Assembly: GCA_965235115.1 (NCBI GenBank)
Contig: OZ249436.1
Coordinates: 44,766,001-44,830,000 of the forward strand
Length of the DNA stretch: 64,000 bases
DNA from: Laetmonice hystrix
Taxonomy: Eukaryota
Direction of reading: 5' to 3'
In this document: one piece after another, positions 1-11,169 of the stretch
How the letters are laid out: each line of letters begins with the position of its first letter
Position numbering within the stretch: the stretch's first letter is position 1
The notes under the pieces: model-generated
Told to the model about the DNA's origin: nothing
Seen by the model: only the letters and a program-made list of their open reading frames with translations
The model's database searches: none
Made by a program: the position numbers and the translations under genes

Positions 1-476
1 TGTTTTCAAACCGCCTGTGTATGGGTAAATATTTAATATTATACAGCCTTGGCCGCGTTTTCAAATCACCTGTGTATGGGGTAAAGATTAGAAACCTGTA
101 CATGTATAGGATATATATATCCTATACATTGTTTCACGCCAACTGAATGGGGTAGTCCCACCACCTGTGTTTTTCGGACAGTTTAGATATCCAAGACAGC
201 ATTTCCTGTATTGTAAAACCACCTGTGTGTATGGTAAAGATTAAATTTATGTATGAGACAGCCTTGGCTGTGGGATGACATTCTCTATGTAACTATATCA
301 CGCAATCTTGGATGTATTATGAAACCATCTGTATGTGGAAAACAATTCACAGCCTTGGCTCGTCAGTGAATCAGTGAACCAATGTGTATAGGTCAAACAA
401 TATATTACCAGATTTAACATAGGATAAAGTGACAAAATTAATTCTACTGAAAAAAACCCCATGTACTCCACCTCAG

Positions 477-2528
477 TCATTCTTGATACATATCATATGT
501 GTTTGGACAATGGCTCATTGCATATATTTGTAGGTACAAATGGTTGTTGAATATGAGGCACTAAAACAATGAGAAAAGAAAAATAATTAATATGCATATT
601 ACACAGAACAAGAATTAACGTTACTTTTGCGAGATGGAAACTGAGGGTTTTGAGAAATCCATCTGTGATCCTCTTATAACTGTAGGTCAACTATACAGAC
701 ATTTTGCCAGCATCCACAAAACCCGCGAAACATTAGTTATATTCGCAAAAAATACGCGATTGGGGGAAAATACGCGGATGTGAAATGGCCTAAAATCTGG
801 AATACGTGTCCCAGAAAAGTATCGGCCAGAAATGTATTGTAGCGTTACTGTCAGCAGGTAGGCAAGGTAGTCCTGCCACGTTGATCTTTGAATTACTGTA
901 CCTGTGCATGGGACAAAGATGACATTTGAAACTGAATCACCTGTAGAGGGTAAAGAATGGGTGAAGATAGCATTACCTTTTCAATAAAAACATTTGTTGG
1001 GAAATGGTACCTTGTATAGAAGGAAAGTGTATGTCCATTATGATCGACCACCTAGCTCCACCTATTCACTCTTGCCGCCTGAACAATATTGTTTTTGTCT
1101 GAAGTTAGGGGCCTAGTGCCAAGTCAACAATCTGAGAGTTTTTACGCGTGTGCACAATTCGCATCGAGATCTGCATGACAGATTTCGGTATCGCAGTAAT
1201 CATTTAAGCGCATTTAGATCATCATCTTTATGTATTCACCAGGGCTAGCACTGTCCCTAATGAATACGTCCGTCATTAAATAGACCAATTTTTGGCCTAG
1301 TTTCCTTACATGAGATATAGCTGGACGTCTCCAGATGTATCTCTAGCTAGTAGTAGAAACCGGTCCTACCTGTCGCTGAGGCATGGCACATACTGTCAGA
1401 GAAAAAAAGGAGAAATTTTGCAATTAATAGTTCTGAAATTACTAATTGTCTTTATCGATTCGATACTACGCGTTGTTGGGCGAACCAGGAGCAAAAACTA
1501 TTGAAGCCAGATGAACTCATATATACTTGAATCGGTGATAACGTTATCTATATTATTAAAATCAAATTAAGTAAAAAATATCAAAATACCCCACTTACTG
1601 ATCTAGTGTCCAGGTGCCGCTTCTCGTAGCTGATGGGAACCTGGTTGATGGGAGCCTGGTAAATGCCACACGGCATATAAAGTCATGCCACACGGCATAT
1701 CAGTTCATCAGGCTTATCAGTTCATCAGGCTAAAGTCCACCAGGATGCAATACATCCTCGGCTCACAACAAAACACAAATTTCGCAGGTTCATGGGTTCG
1801 TATCCACGAGACACCTCACACACTCCAGGTAATCCGTGCGGAGAAGGGCAGGAATAACACGCACAGATGGTAGCACATGTCACGCGCCGTGTCAGGGTTA
1901 GGTCATTATACCTCAGACATGGCGTCCTCAGTGAAACGCTTGCTCGAAAACCTAAGGGTAAAAAAGGAAAAGCATATGGAAAAGTAAAGAGTCTTCCAGT
2001 CACAATAGGTCAAGGGGAGTTCAAGAGATATAGAAAGTAGGCTTACAATCACCTTTGTGGATTTGTCGCTGCCCAGAGTAGTTGGGCAATTAAATCTGAG
2101 CCTTGGTACATTGGTTGGGCAAGAGTAGCTAACAGGTCACATTACACCACTGGGCAAAAGTATCAAGGAGGTCACATTGCATTTGAACTGGGCAATAGTA
2201 TCTAAGATGCCACATTACATGATGGGCAATATCTTTAGCCACGTAACAGTGGTTGTGCAGTGGCATGGTCAATACACAACGGATGACGGCATAGTCGTCA
2301 TCCAACCTACTTTGAGCTATATGACAGATTTGAATTATAAGTAAATTCTTACCCTAATGTCACCCTTAATAACCCTTAATAACCCTTACCTTTATCATCA
2401 GGTACATCTCTTTTGATAACCCTGAAGCCCTTCTCCAGATAACTGCACGGAGAGCGAGGAGATGATCCAGGAAAAATCCCTGAAAATCCAAAGCCGAAAC
2501 TTAAGCATTGCCGACTCGCAGAAAAAGA
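477..2528 (-). other. Candidate multi-micro-exon transcript (snoRNA-host-like lncRNA or ~85-98 aa microprotein gene)
   Basis: Paired minus-strand splice sites define exons ~2528-2390, 1951-1912, 1640-1599, 1392-1370, 1010-977, (940-902), 690-625 and 560-onward. Several acceptors have strong pyrimidine tracts (tttctcctttttttctctgacag, ccttttttacccttag). A TCT/5'TOP-like TTCTTTTT lies at ~2528. No homolog recognised. Confidence 0.4.
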
Positions 2529-2962
2529 AATATCACAATACAGTAGTTTGTACCTAAAAATGTGTTTGGCCTTGAAACTACAAATAAGACCAAAATTAAA
2601 ATACAACAAAATTACAATTATAACCCGGTTCATATGCCGATGTTACAGGGAATGTTACGCTGAATTCCGGGAGATAATTCCCATCCTTGATTTTCCCCCT
2701 ATAATTTACCACTGCAATACCGTAGTTATATACAGACTGCTAGCGCCACCTGTACATTAATTTGTCAGCACGGAACTTCACTGGACATTTTGAGAGCTGA
2801 AGGGCCCCAAAAAACACCCCTGTAGCTCGGGGCATATTAATTTACGAACAGTTGTACTGGGCTGTAAAACCACATGCCGTTATAGGTGCTAGTGACTATC
2901 GGTTACAGTTTGTCAAGCAAGGAGGCGTAATGTTAATAGAAAACAAATCAAACTACATTATG

Positions 2963-3130
2963 CAGGGGCGGATCTAGGGTCTATATTCAGGGGGGGGGGG
3001 TCCGAGGGGGGTCCAGCATAAAAAGGGCAAATCGAGGGGGGGAGGTTATAAAAAATTAAATTTGGCAAATTTGAGGGGGGGGGGGGGGGGGGTCCGGACG
3101 TCGCCGACACCCTCCCTGGATCCGCCACTG
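2963..3130. mobile_element. G-rich hAT-like MITE
   Basis: TIRs CAGGGGCGGATC / GATCCGCCACTG; no clear TSD. Confidence 0.6.
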
Positions 3131-4794
3131 TACTGAATACGGCATATTAAATATACCCACCAACCAAAGAAAGAATACAACTAGGCATGTGGCGTTATCT
3201 TGCAATGTATGAATGTAAGGAAAGCAAGTGCAAAGAAGCGCATTGTATACTCGGTATGCTTTGTAACATTACCTGAAAGACTATAAAACTGTATTTTTGG
3301 GTTGGTTGGTGTGTATACTTCAAGCGCCTCATAAGTATGTATTCTGCACAACTTACTGTATTGATATATGACTAGAGGCTGGTCGTTTTAGTAGTGCATA
3401 TCCCAGCAGCCAATACACCAGAGTAAGCAAGACCTGAACCGTTCCACTCAGGAAAGTCTGCAATAAATAGAATAAATAAATTTCAGTTAAATTTTAGTTA
3501 AACTGGTATCCTAACTGAGAATAAACTAGGAACTCGAAAAGAATTGGGCCGTTCAAATTTTTCCAGTAGTGTACGCACTCGTGTAGAATCAACTAAATCC
3601 AGTGGAATTCTCCAAGACCAAACCCCATAAGGTAAATACGTTGATTTCTAAATTTGCAAATCTTGAGTTGGTCATAAATGAGTAAGCAAGACTTCCCAAT
3701 TCATTTGAAATTTTCACACGGTTGCACAAACATTTTCAATTGTTTAAGATAAGAACCGAAATTTACACAAGCATGTTTTCGTACGTTCCCCTTCTACCTA
3801 TCGAGTAACCGAGGAAATAATTATCTTTCCTTTTTATCCAGTCAACATTTTTACGTACCATGCCGATAATTCTCTGCCGCAATTCCTTGCTGATAACATT
3901 TCATTCGCACACGTGTACAGTCGTCTCTCGAATGAGCGCAGCTGAACTTAAAATAACTCTTTTATACCACACAGCGTTCTCAAGAGCCAATCTGATTGGA
4001 CTGCTTGTCCAAGGAATGTAAACACACGTTTTCGCGCCACGATACGCTTTGGTGTCCGTACCACATCGCAAGTTCAAGGTTGTCAAGGCCTTGTTTCCAG
4101 CCATCAGCATATTATATTGCACGGATACATGCGTAATTTCAGCCCACCTTTTTGATTATAACTTGTGATGAAATGCCACCATTTTGCGTAAAGACACGAG
4201 AGTGTAAACAATGACTATCTCTAATTAAAAAAACCCCGAAAATCCTTAAATTGGCGGGGCTGAATATCCCATGTTTTTCTTTGAAAAAGATAAGTCTGCA
4301 ATGCTGTCGAACCCCGACTGCCCGGTTGATTCACGATCGAGTCCCTGAATTGAGATGCTAAAAATAAGGTTCCCTATTATTAATTGGTGCATACTAAGCT
4401 CACGTAGGCCTACATAGGTCAAAATATTTATGCATCTAGATCTATTTCCAACCCCTGCCCCAGTCTAAAGCGATTCTGTTCTCAAAACAGTTAAAGGGAG
4501 CCAATTACATCTTATGTTAGAAACATTCCAACTATTTCCGCTATAGCTACCTGCATATTTGTAAATTCATCTCCAGATGCCAATCATATTTGGCAGAATA
4601 TCGCCCTGTAGGCCTAACCTGTCGTATAAACACCGGTTTCAATATATCGGGGTCATGTATGGCATCGGTTTTGGCAGCAGTAGTCATGACTAAACACCGA
4701 AACCGAGCGAATTTACCTAAACCTACCTTGGCATATACCGACACCGACCTATTTTTGACCACGATTGGCCACGATTGGCTATGATTCTTGGAAG

Positions 4795-4876
4795 ACAGAG
4801 AGAGAGAGAGACAGAGAAATACAGAAAGAGAGATGGACAGACAGACAGACGGACAGAACAGACGGACGGACAGAGA
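4795..4876. repeat. (GA)n/(GACA)n compound microsatellite
   Basis: Seen directly. Confidence 0.9.
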
Positions 4877-5224
4877 TAAAAAAAAAGACAAAAGCAAAGC
4901 CGACTGCAGTATACTTGTATCGTATAACATAACAGTGCATAGGCATATTGGTTAGAGAGAGCACATCTTACGTACTTCACATTTGGAATTAATTTATTCT
5001 AGACGAATAAAGGGATATACAAAGATATGGGATCAACATATGGCCTATTCTCACGAAAATGGAGCACAGGTTTTTTTTAATGGGTACCCACCCTTTTTTT
5101 GACTTGAAAATGGGCTAGCACCTGTCTTTGCACTTTGATAAGATTCATCTCCTCCAGAGCTTTTCTGGGAAGTTCCGAACCCCACTTTTATATACTGTAG
5201 CTAGTTCCAATATTAAGCCGTCTA

Positions 5225-5560
5225 GAGCCAAAATAATGTGCTTGTTTGCTAGAGTATAAGGCATACATGTGGGGAGCCCTCACTCTAGTGTTTGCTCCAG
5301 TCTGAGGCCAGTCAATACATAGAGAACCCTCACTGCAGTGTCTGCAAGAGTATAAGGTCGTCAATACCTGCAGGGAACCCTCACTGTAATGTTTGCTTGA
5401 GTATAAGGCTAGTCAGTACATGTGAGCAGCCCTCACTGTAGTGTTTGCTCCAGGCTGAGGCCAGTCAATACATGTAGGGATCCCTCACTGTAGTTTTTGC
5501 TCCAGTCTAAGGCTATAGCCAATACATGTAGAGACCAGCCTCAGACTGGAATAAGCACTA
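5225..5560. repeat. Degenerate ~51-bp minisatellite
   Basis: CCCTCACT...GTGTTTGC motif at 5277, 5327, 5378, 5430, 5482; related shorter CTCACTGTACTGTTTG repeats at ~6990-7325. Confidence 0.75.
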
Positions 5561-5578
5561 CATGTAGTGACTGGCCTT

Positions 5579-6987
5579 CTTCAGTGTGCACAAATATGCT
5601 TGTAGTAACCAGGGAATGATTTAAAACGCTAAATACATCTGTTTTACATAATATTAGGTCATTTTTGCAATGTTTGTATGCATATCTGCTATTGTAATTC
5701 GCTACGGTATTGGAATTTTCGCATAGCATTCGTGACGTACGTTCGCTCATAGAAAAGAGACCACTCAGTCTTCACTGTTTAAGGGATATCGAAGTATTTC
5801 TATATGAAAACCATGTAATATGACTACTTCCATCTGTTGGCATTGTATAAATATCGTGTGCTTCTTGAAAGTATTCAAAATAACTGTAAATGATTTCCGT
5901 CACGTATACATTCGCTACATATAAATCATTGTGAAATGTAAACTTCCTATTTGAGTATCTTCTTCATATTTGAACAGTAGATGCCCCTCGGATATACCTT
6001 TCATTTCCACGACTTGCACCCCCCCCCCCCCCGATTAAGATGTAAATTTTTGGCTTAGCATTACTAGAATCCTATCTCTCCGGGAAGCCCCGCAGGTGCC
6101 CGGCAGCCCGGCCAGGTATACGTAGTGATTCCATCGGAAGCCAGGAGGTGGCAGAGCCCGCCCCCGTGGCCAGGTATACGTGGTGATTCCATCGGAAGCC
6201 GGAAGGCGTACGACCATTTCATTTTGTCATTGCTAATTAAACCTTTACGGCAAATTGCCATTGGGACTACATGTACTTCACAACGTGGTCGCACGCTTAC
6301 AGACGGTCTGTAGGGGAAACAGATTAGGCCTGGATGGTAGTAAATGATCGACCAAACGTATCGCCTGCCTCCTGGAAGGTAAATGCATGGAAACATGAAA
6401 TGAAGTGACATTAATAAATATGGTGTATGTGTACAGAAAGAGAAGCTTTTACACCAAATGTTCACGTTTCTGTCTGCTTTGAGAAGCTGAGAGTGTGCGC
6501 CAACTTGACATTTTTCCTATGAATGTCATGCTACCTTCAGTGTGCACAAATAGGCCTATGCTTGTAGTAGCCAGGGAATGATTTAAAACGCTAAATACAT
6601 CTGTTTTACATAATATTAGGTCATTATTGCAATGTTTGCATGCATATCTGCTATTGTAATTCGCTACTGGAATTTTCGCATAGGCTAGTATTCGTTACGT
6701 ACGTTCGCTCATAGAACAGAGACCACTCAGTCTTCACTGTTTAAGGGACACCGAAGTATTTCTATATGAAAACCATGTAGATCTAGGCCTAATATGACTA
6801 CTTCCATCTGTTGGCATTGTATAAATATCGCGTGCTTCTTGAAAGTATCAAAATAACTGTAAAACATTTCCGTCACGTACGTTCGCTACAGATAAATTGT
6901 TGTGAAATGTATACTTCCCATTATTTTGAGTATCTTCTCCAAATTTTAACAGTAGATGCCCCTTGATTATATACCATTCATTTCCAC
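5579..6987. repeat. ~430-450 bp direct duplication (5579-6010 and 6535-6987)
   Basis: Colinear copies differing by substitutions and short TA-flanked indels. Confidence 0.9.
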
Positions 6988-7392
6988 TATCTCAATGTAC
7001 TGTTTGCTTGGGTAGGCCTATACTAGGCCAGCCAGTACCATGTAGGGAGTCCTCAATGACTGCTGTTTGGCCTCCCTTACTGTTTGGCTTCACTGTACTG
7101 TTTGGCCTCACTCCTGTTTGCCCTCACTGTATTGTTTGCTTGGGTAGGCCTACTAGGGCAGCCAGTACCATGTAGGGACTCCTCACTGTACTGTTTGCCC
7201 TCACTGTATTTTTTGGCCTCACTGTGATGTTTGCCTGCATACAACGGTACCGGTAGCAAGTAGTGTAGGGACGCCTCATTGTACTGTTTGACCTCACTGT
7301 AGGCCTACTGTTTGGCCTCACTGGTTACGTAGGGGCCTAATCACTACAGTTAGGTCGAGTATATAGGGCCCTAATCACGCTCCTTTTTTCTA

Positions 7393-7916
7393 GGGGAGTG
7401 GCGGTGGCCGAGTGGGCATGGGTGTCGACACCTTATGCTATGCGAATGGGTGCAGTAATCTTGGGGCCGGGGTTCGATTCCTGTAGAGGACTATACAACT
7501 TTTCTCTTTAGGGACATTGTCAAAGTAATTGGGTTACCCCTGATGCCCGTGCATTTCAAAAGAGAAATACAGTCTAGATCTACGCCAGTGCCAGGATTAC
7601 CTTAACAGTCAATGTTCGGTAGAAATCATGTGTAGCTCTATCTAGGAAAATATGGATTCCGTCTCATTTCGGAAGATGTGTGTAGGGGGAGGGTCCATTG
7701 TCCTGCTCGACCACCAAAGCTACTTTTTTAGGGGAGTGGCGGTGGCCGAGTGGGCATGAGTGTCGACACCTTATGCTATGCGAATGGGTGCAGACTCTAA
7801 TCTTGGGGCCGGGGTTCGATTCCTGTAGAGGACTATACAACTTTTCTCTTTAGGGACATTGTCAAAGTAATTGGGTTACCCCTGATGCCCGTGCATTTCA
7901 AAAGAAAAATACAGTC
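7393..7916 (+). mobile_element. Two tandem copies of a tRNA-derived SINE-like element (starts 7393 and 7731)
   Basis: Pol III A box TGGCCGAGTGG (7405, 7743) and B box GGTTCGATTCC (7471, 7813); copies share ~185 bp, extending well past any tRNA-sized region. Confidence 0.6.
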
Positions 7917-8197
7917 AAGTGTGGTACATTTAAGGTCCTAATGATCACTACAGTCAGGTGGAGTACGGTATGTAGTAAACCCCCATTTGACCAACACGTT
8001 GGCCGAGGGCGAAAGTACTGCCCCCTGACGTTTGAAGCGAGAACCATCCTTCCAGTGGTTCCTATTTTGTCCGCTACGTGTCGCACTCGTCGGTGTTGTT
8101 TACCTGAGTGATAATAGGGAGGGCACACCGCTTCATTGTGGCTTCGTCACTGTCAATCAAGTCTGTCCCATTTTTGCGGACTTTGCCTTTTGATCAG

Positions 8198-8261
8198 ATG
8201 GAAAATGGACTGAACTACCTGTCGAGGTTCCCGGAGAGCATGCAGGGCAGGATTAGGACGC
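8198..8261 (+). CDS. BORCS8: BORCS8 exon 1 (MENGLNYLSRFPESMQGRIRT; start could also be ATG 8240)
   Basis: ATG...C|GTAAGT phase-1 donor matches phase of exon 2; no homology support for this exon. Confidence 0.6.
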
Positions 8262-9075
8262 GTAAGTTGAGAGTATTTGGTTGTGAACCCCGGCCCTTCC
8301 TCGGAGCCCCTCCCCGACCCCCGGGCTAGTACAGTACTGTAGCGTAGGGACTGTAGCAGGTAGATACAACAACACTCAACAGGCCTGCCACTCAAACTGC
8401 TGTGATGTGGGGTGAATTTTTGAGATATTTACAGCTAGACAATACTCCTGTGGACGATTTATTGTGAGAATCGACCACAGAACAATGATAGATAAGTGAT
8501 AAGAATTTTTTTTGGTGTAGGTGGGTGGCAGCATCCATGACCATGATGTGCCATACGACCGTACAGTTAACGTTACAGTTGTAACACTAACAGTGTTACA
8601 TATTCTATACAGTACAGTACACTGGCGTAGGAACTGGGGGGGGGGGGCGGCAAGCAGCACGCCTCGTGCCTTCAACCCCCGCCCACCCTTCTTTTGCGCA
8701 CTACTTGATCCGCACCTGAATATATCTGCTTAAATTCTGCTACAGACATTTTACACTTCACCAATACTAAATGTGTGCGCCCATCCCAATGAACAGAGAC
8801 TTAGAGCACATCATGCAATGATAAATGCCAGTCAGTAGTGCCCTCCCCCTGTTTTTGTTACATCATTGTTCTACAAAGTCTGCCTAATGTCTAAAATGTT
8901 TGATGTAGCAGTGGGCAGTGATTTAAGTTGATTTAAGTTGTAAGGCAATAAAATCAAACTTGTTTTCTTTCAGACTGATTCAGTCATTGCCACACGACCT
9001 AACTTAACTCGTTGCTGAGTCATAAAACCAGTCTCATCTGGGGTGGAATTTCATCTTATTTTTTCTTTGTTCCAG

Positions 9076-9132
9076 CAGCACACTTTTTCAATGAATCTAG
9101 CAACCCTGAGTTGGACTATAAAGCAAAGAGGG
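9076..9132 (+). CDS. BORCS8: BORCS8 exon 2 (AHFFNESSNPELDYKAKR)
   Basis: ttttctttgttccag acceptor (NAGNAG), G|GTAAGT donor; PELDYKAKR resembles BORCS8 PEMQLKGKK as I recall it. Confidence 0.85.
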
Positions 9133-9516
9133 GTAAGTGATATTACCGGTAGGGGGAAATTTACTTTTAAATCTATAATTAGGGCATTTTAAACGTATGT
9201 TGATGTTGTTGTTTTACAATAAATAACCTTGTAACTACTGTATGGTAATGTCATTGAAGTTGTGACACTGATAGCTTATTTTGGATATTATTCATATTAT
9301 AAAGAAGAATATTATTGTGTAGTCTCTGGAACCCTGGTACTCTGTTTCTTGATACTAATTTTGATACCATTTACATGAAACTGATTAGGTTTTTATGGAA
9401 ATGTTTCAGTGACAGAGAAACTTTCTGAGAGCCTACACGTGATTGCCAATGAACCATCACTAGCATTTTGATACCATTTACATGATACTGATTAGGTTTT
9501 TATGAAAATGTTTCAG

Positions 9517-9629
9517 TGACAGAGAAACTTTCTGAGAGCCTACACGTGATTGCCAATGAACCATCACTAGCATTTTTCCGTATCCAGGAACATGTGCGCA
9601 AATCTCTTCCAACTTTGGTAGAGAAAAAA
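9517..9629 (+). CDS. BORCS8: BORCS8 exon 3 (VTEKLSESLHVIANEPSLAFFRIQEHVRKSLPTLVEKK)
   Basis: Hallmark ANEPSxAxxRxQEHVR(K/R)SLP motif of BLOC-1-related complex subunit 8 (MEF2BNB); tttcag / GTAAGG sites. Confidence 0.93.
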
Positions 9630-9859
9630 GTAAGGAATTAAAAAAGTAGTCTCCAGGTAAACTTTCTCTATAGCTTAAATCCAGGTAAAAATTTTCACTG
9701 TCATAATATTTGTATTTTTCTTCTGAGGCTGCAATAAAAGGTAGGTGATTAAGGACTAATATTTCATCCTCTAAATTCTAAAATGTTTGACTTCTCCATT
9801 CTTTGTAAAAGGCCTCCTGTACTATTGTGTATCATGTTTATAATTGTGACTTTTTGTAG

Positions 9860-9924
9860 CATGAGGTACAGGAAATACAACATCAAGTCCAGGGAAGCTG
9901 CTTCGACACGGAATATGCCATCAA
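9860..9924 (+). CDS. BORCS8: BORCS8 exon 4 (HEVQEIQHQVQGSCFDTEYAI)
   Basis: tttttgtag / GTAAAT; matches QG...EYA segment; phase 0 to 2. Confidence 0.9.
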
Positions 9925-10145
9925 GTAAATACACTCCTTTTCAAAATGAAAAAACATTCCAGAAAGTATGAAAAAAGTGATGATCATAAAGCACATGCAA
10001 GTATATGAAACTGTTGAGATGGAGGATGCGAGATAAAAAGTATATATTGGTTTGAGATGACCATTGCTGATTCACTGGATTAAAGTGTATGAAATTGAAA
10101 TATTCATGTGTTGTAATTGTATACTGTGTTTTTTTATAACTTCAG

Positions 10146-10253
10146 TGCAGTAAAGGGAATGCGTCGAAGTAGTGTCCATTTCCAAAATGTTCAAGACCTT
10201 TTAAAGAATGCCATGTTTATGAAGCAACAAATCCATTATGAACATTCACGCAA
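10146..10253 (+). CDS. BORCS8: BORCS8 exon 5 (AVKGMRRSSVHFQNVQDLLKNAMFMKQQIHYEHSR)
   Basis: ttcag / GTAAGT; matches AVK...SSVxF...LLKxA segment; phase 2 to 2. Confidence 0.9.
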
Positions 10254-10554
10254 GTAAGTTTTTGTTTTCTTTCAAAAAGGGGAAAGCCTAGCAAAGAGTG
10301 ATGCCTTTTATTTTAGAAGTTTAGTTGAAATTGCCAGGAAACCCGAGGAACAATTCTTAGGTGTAATTTCAAAGAATTAGGTTGGTATACAGTTAAGACA
10401 GTCATCCAATTCTAGTTTGAGTTCCTTATTCAAAATCATAAAATGGTAAAAGTTTCCTCCACATTGATTATGGTACTAAATGATTTATTTTTATGAAAAA
10501 TGATTTATTTTTATGAAAAATAAGATTCTGATACAATTTTCTGGTAATTCCCAG

Positions 10555-10677
10555 AGAACAAGAGAAGCTGAGGCCTAGTATGTATCGTACAATGGTTCGA
10601 ACCAACACAATTGACATTCCTGCCTCTGCTCAGTCAAGCTCCAGCTCCGAGTTAATGCAAGGGACAGGAGGAACTCC
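10555..10677 (+). CDS. BORCS8: BORCS8 exon 6 (Ser-rich C-terminal extension)
   Basis: ttcccag / GTAAGT, open frame, phase 2 to 2. Confidence 0.75.
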
Positions 10678-10800
10678 GTAAGTACTTCAGAAGTTGCTAA
10701 CAGATGTTTTACTTTAGAATTCTGTGGTCATGGTACGGAACAGTTGCTTTACTCTGTATTCTTTTATTTATGGTCGTAAATATAATTGATATCATTCTAG

Positions 10801-10870
10801 CACTCGTGATGGGTCCCCAAGAGCCAGGTCCTCGTCTGTGAGTACGCCAGAAAAGTCAAAAAACAAGTGA
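10801..10870 (+). CDS. BORCS8: BORCS8 exon 7 (TRDGSPRARSSSVSTPEKSKNK*)
   Basis: ttctag acceptor in phase; TGA 10868-10870; AATAAA at 11107 and 11229. Confidence 0.72.
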
Positions 10871-11169
10871 GCAGTATTTGTCGCCCGTCACCTCAGTGGC
10901 GCCACCTATCCAGGGGGTCAGACATCAACACAATGTACCTTTCTGAAGTCTTCACCTTTGTCTGAATGCAGACACGGAACGCTGGCCGACTGGCGCAGAG
11001 ATATTTTTCTGGGAACTACTTCTCTTAAACTAATCCACCTTGTGTTATAACTTATGTCATCTTTCACTATATATTTATTTGTACGGACTGTCTCTTTATT
11101 AATTATAATAAAGTACTAGAGTGCAGCATTGATATCATGTTAACTTGTAAATGTTGGTTTAGTATCTTG

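Noticed and set aside
1892..1903. Minus-strand ACCTAACCCTGA resembling a telomerase RNA template
   Set aside because: No U-rich/A-rich pseudoknot downstream; short and common motif
7393..7490. Possible tRNA gene
   Set aside because: No convincing acceptor stem or cloverleaf; similarity between copies continues far past the B box, favouring a SINE
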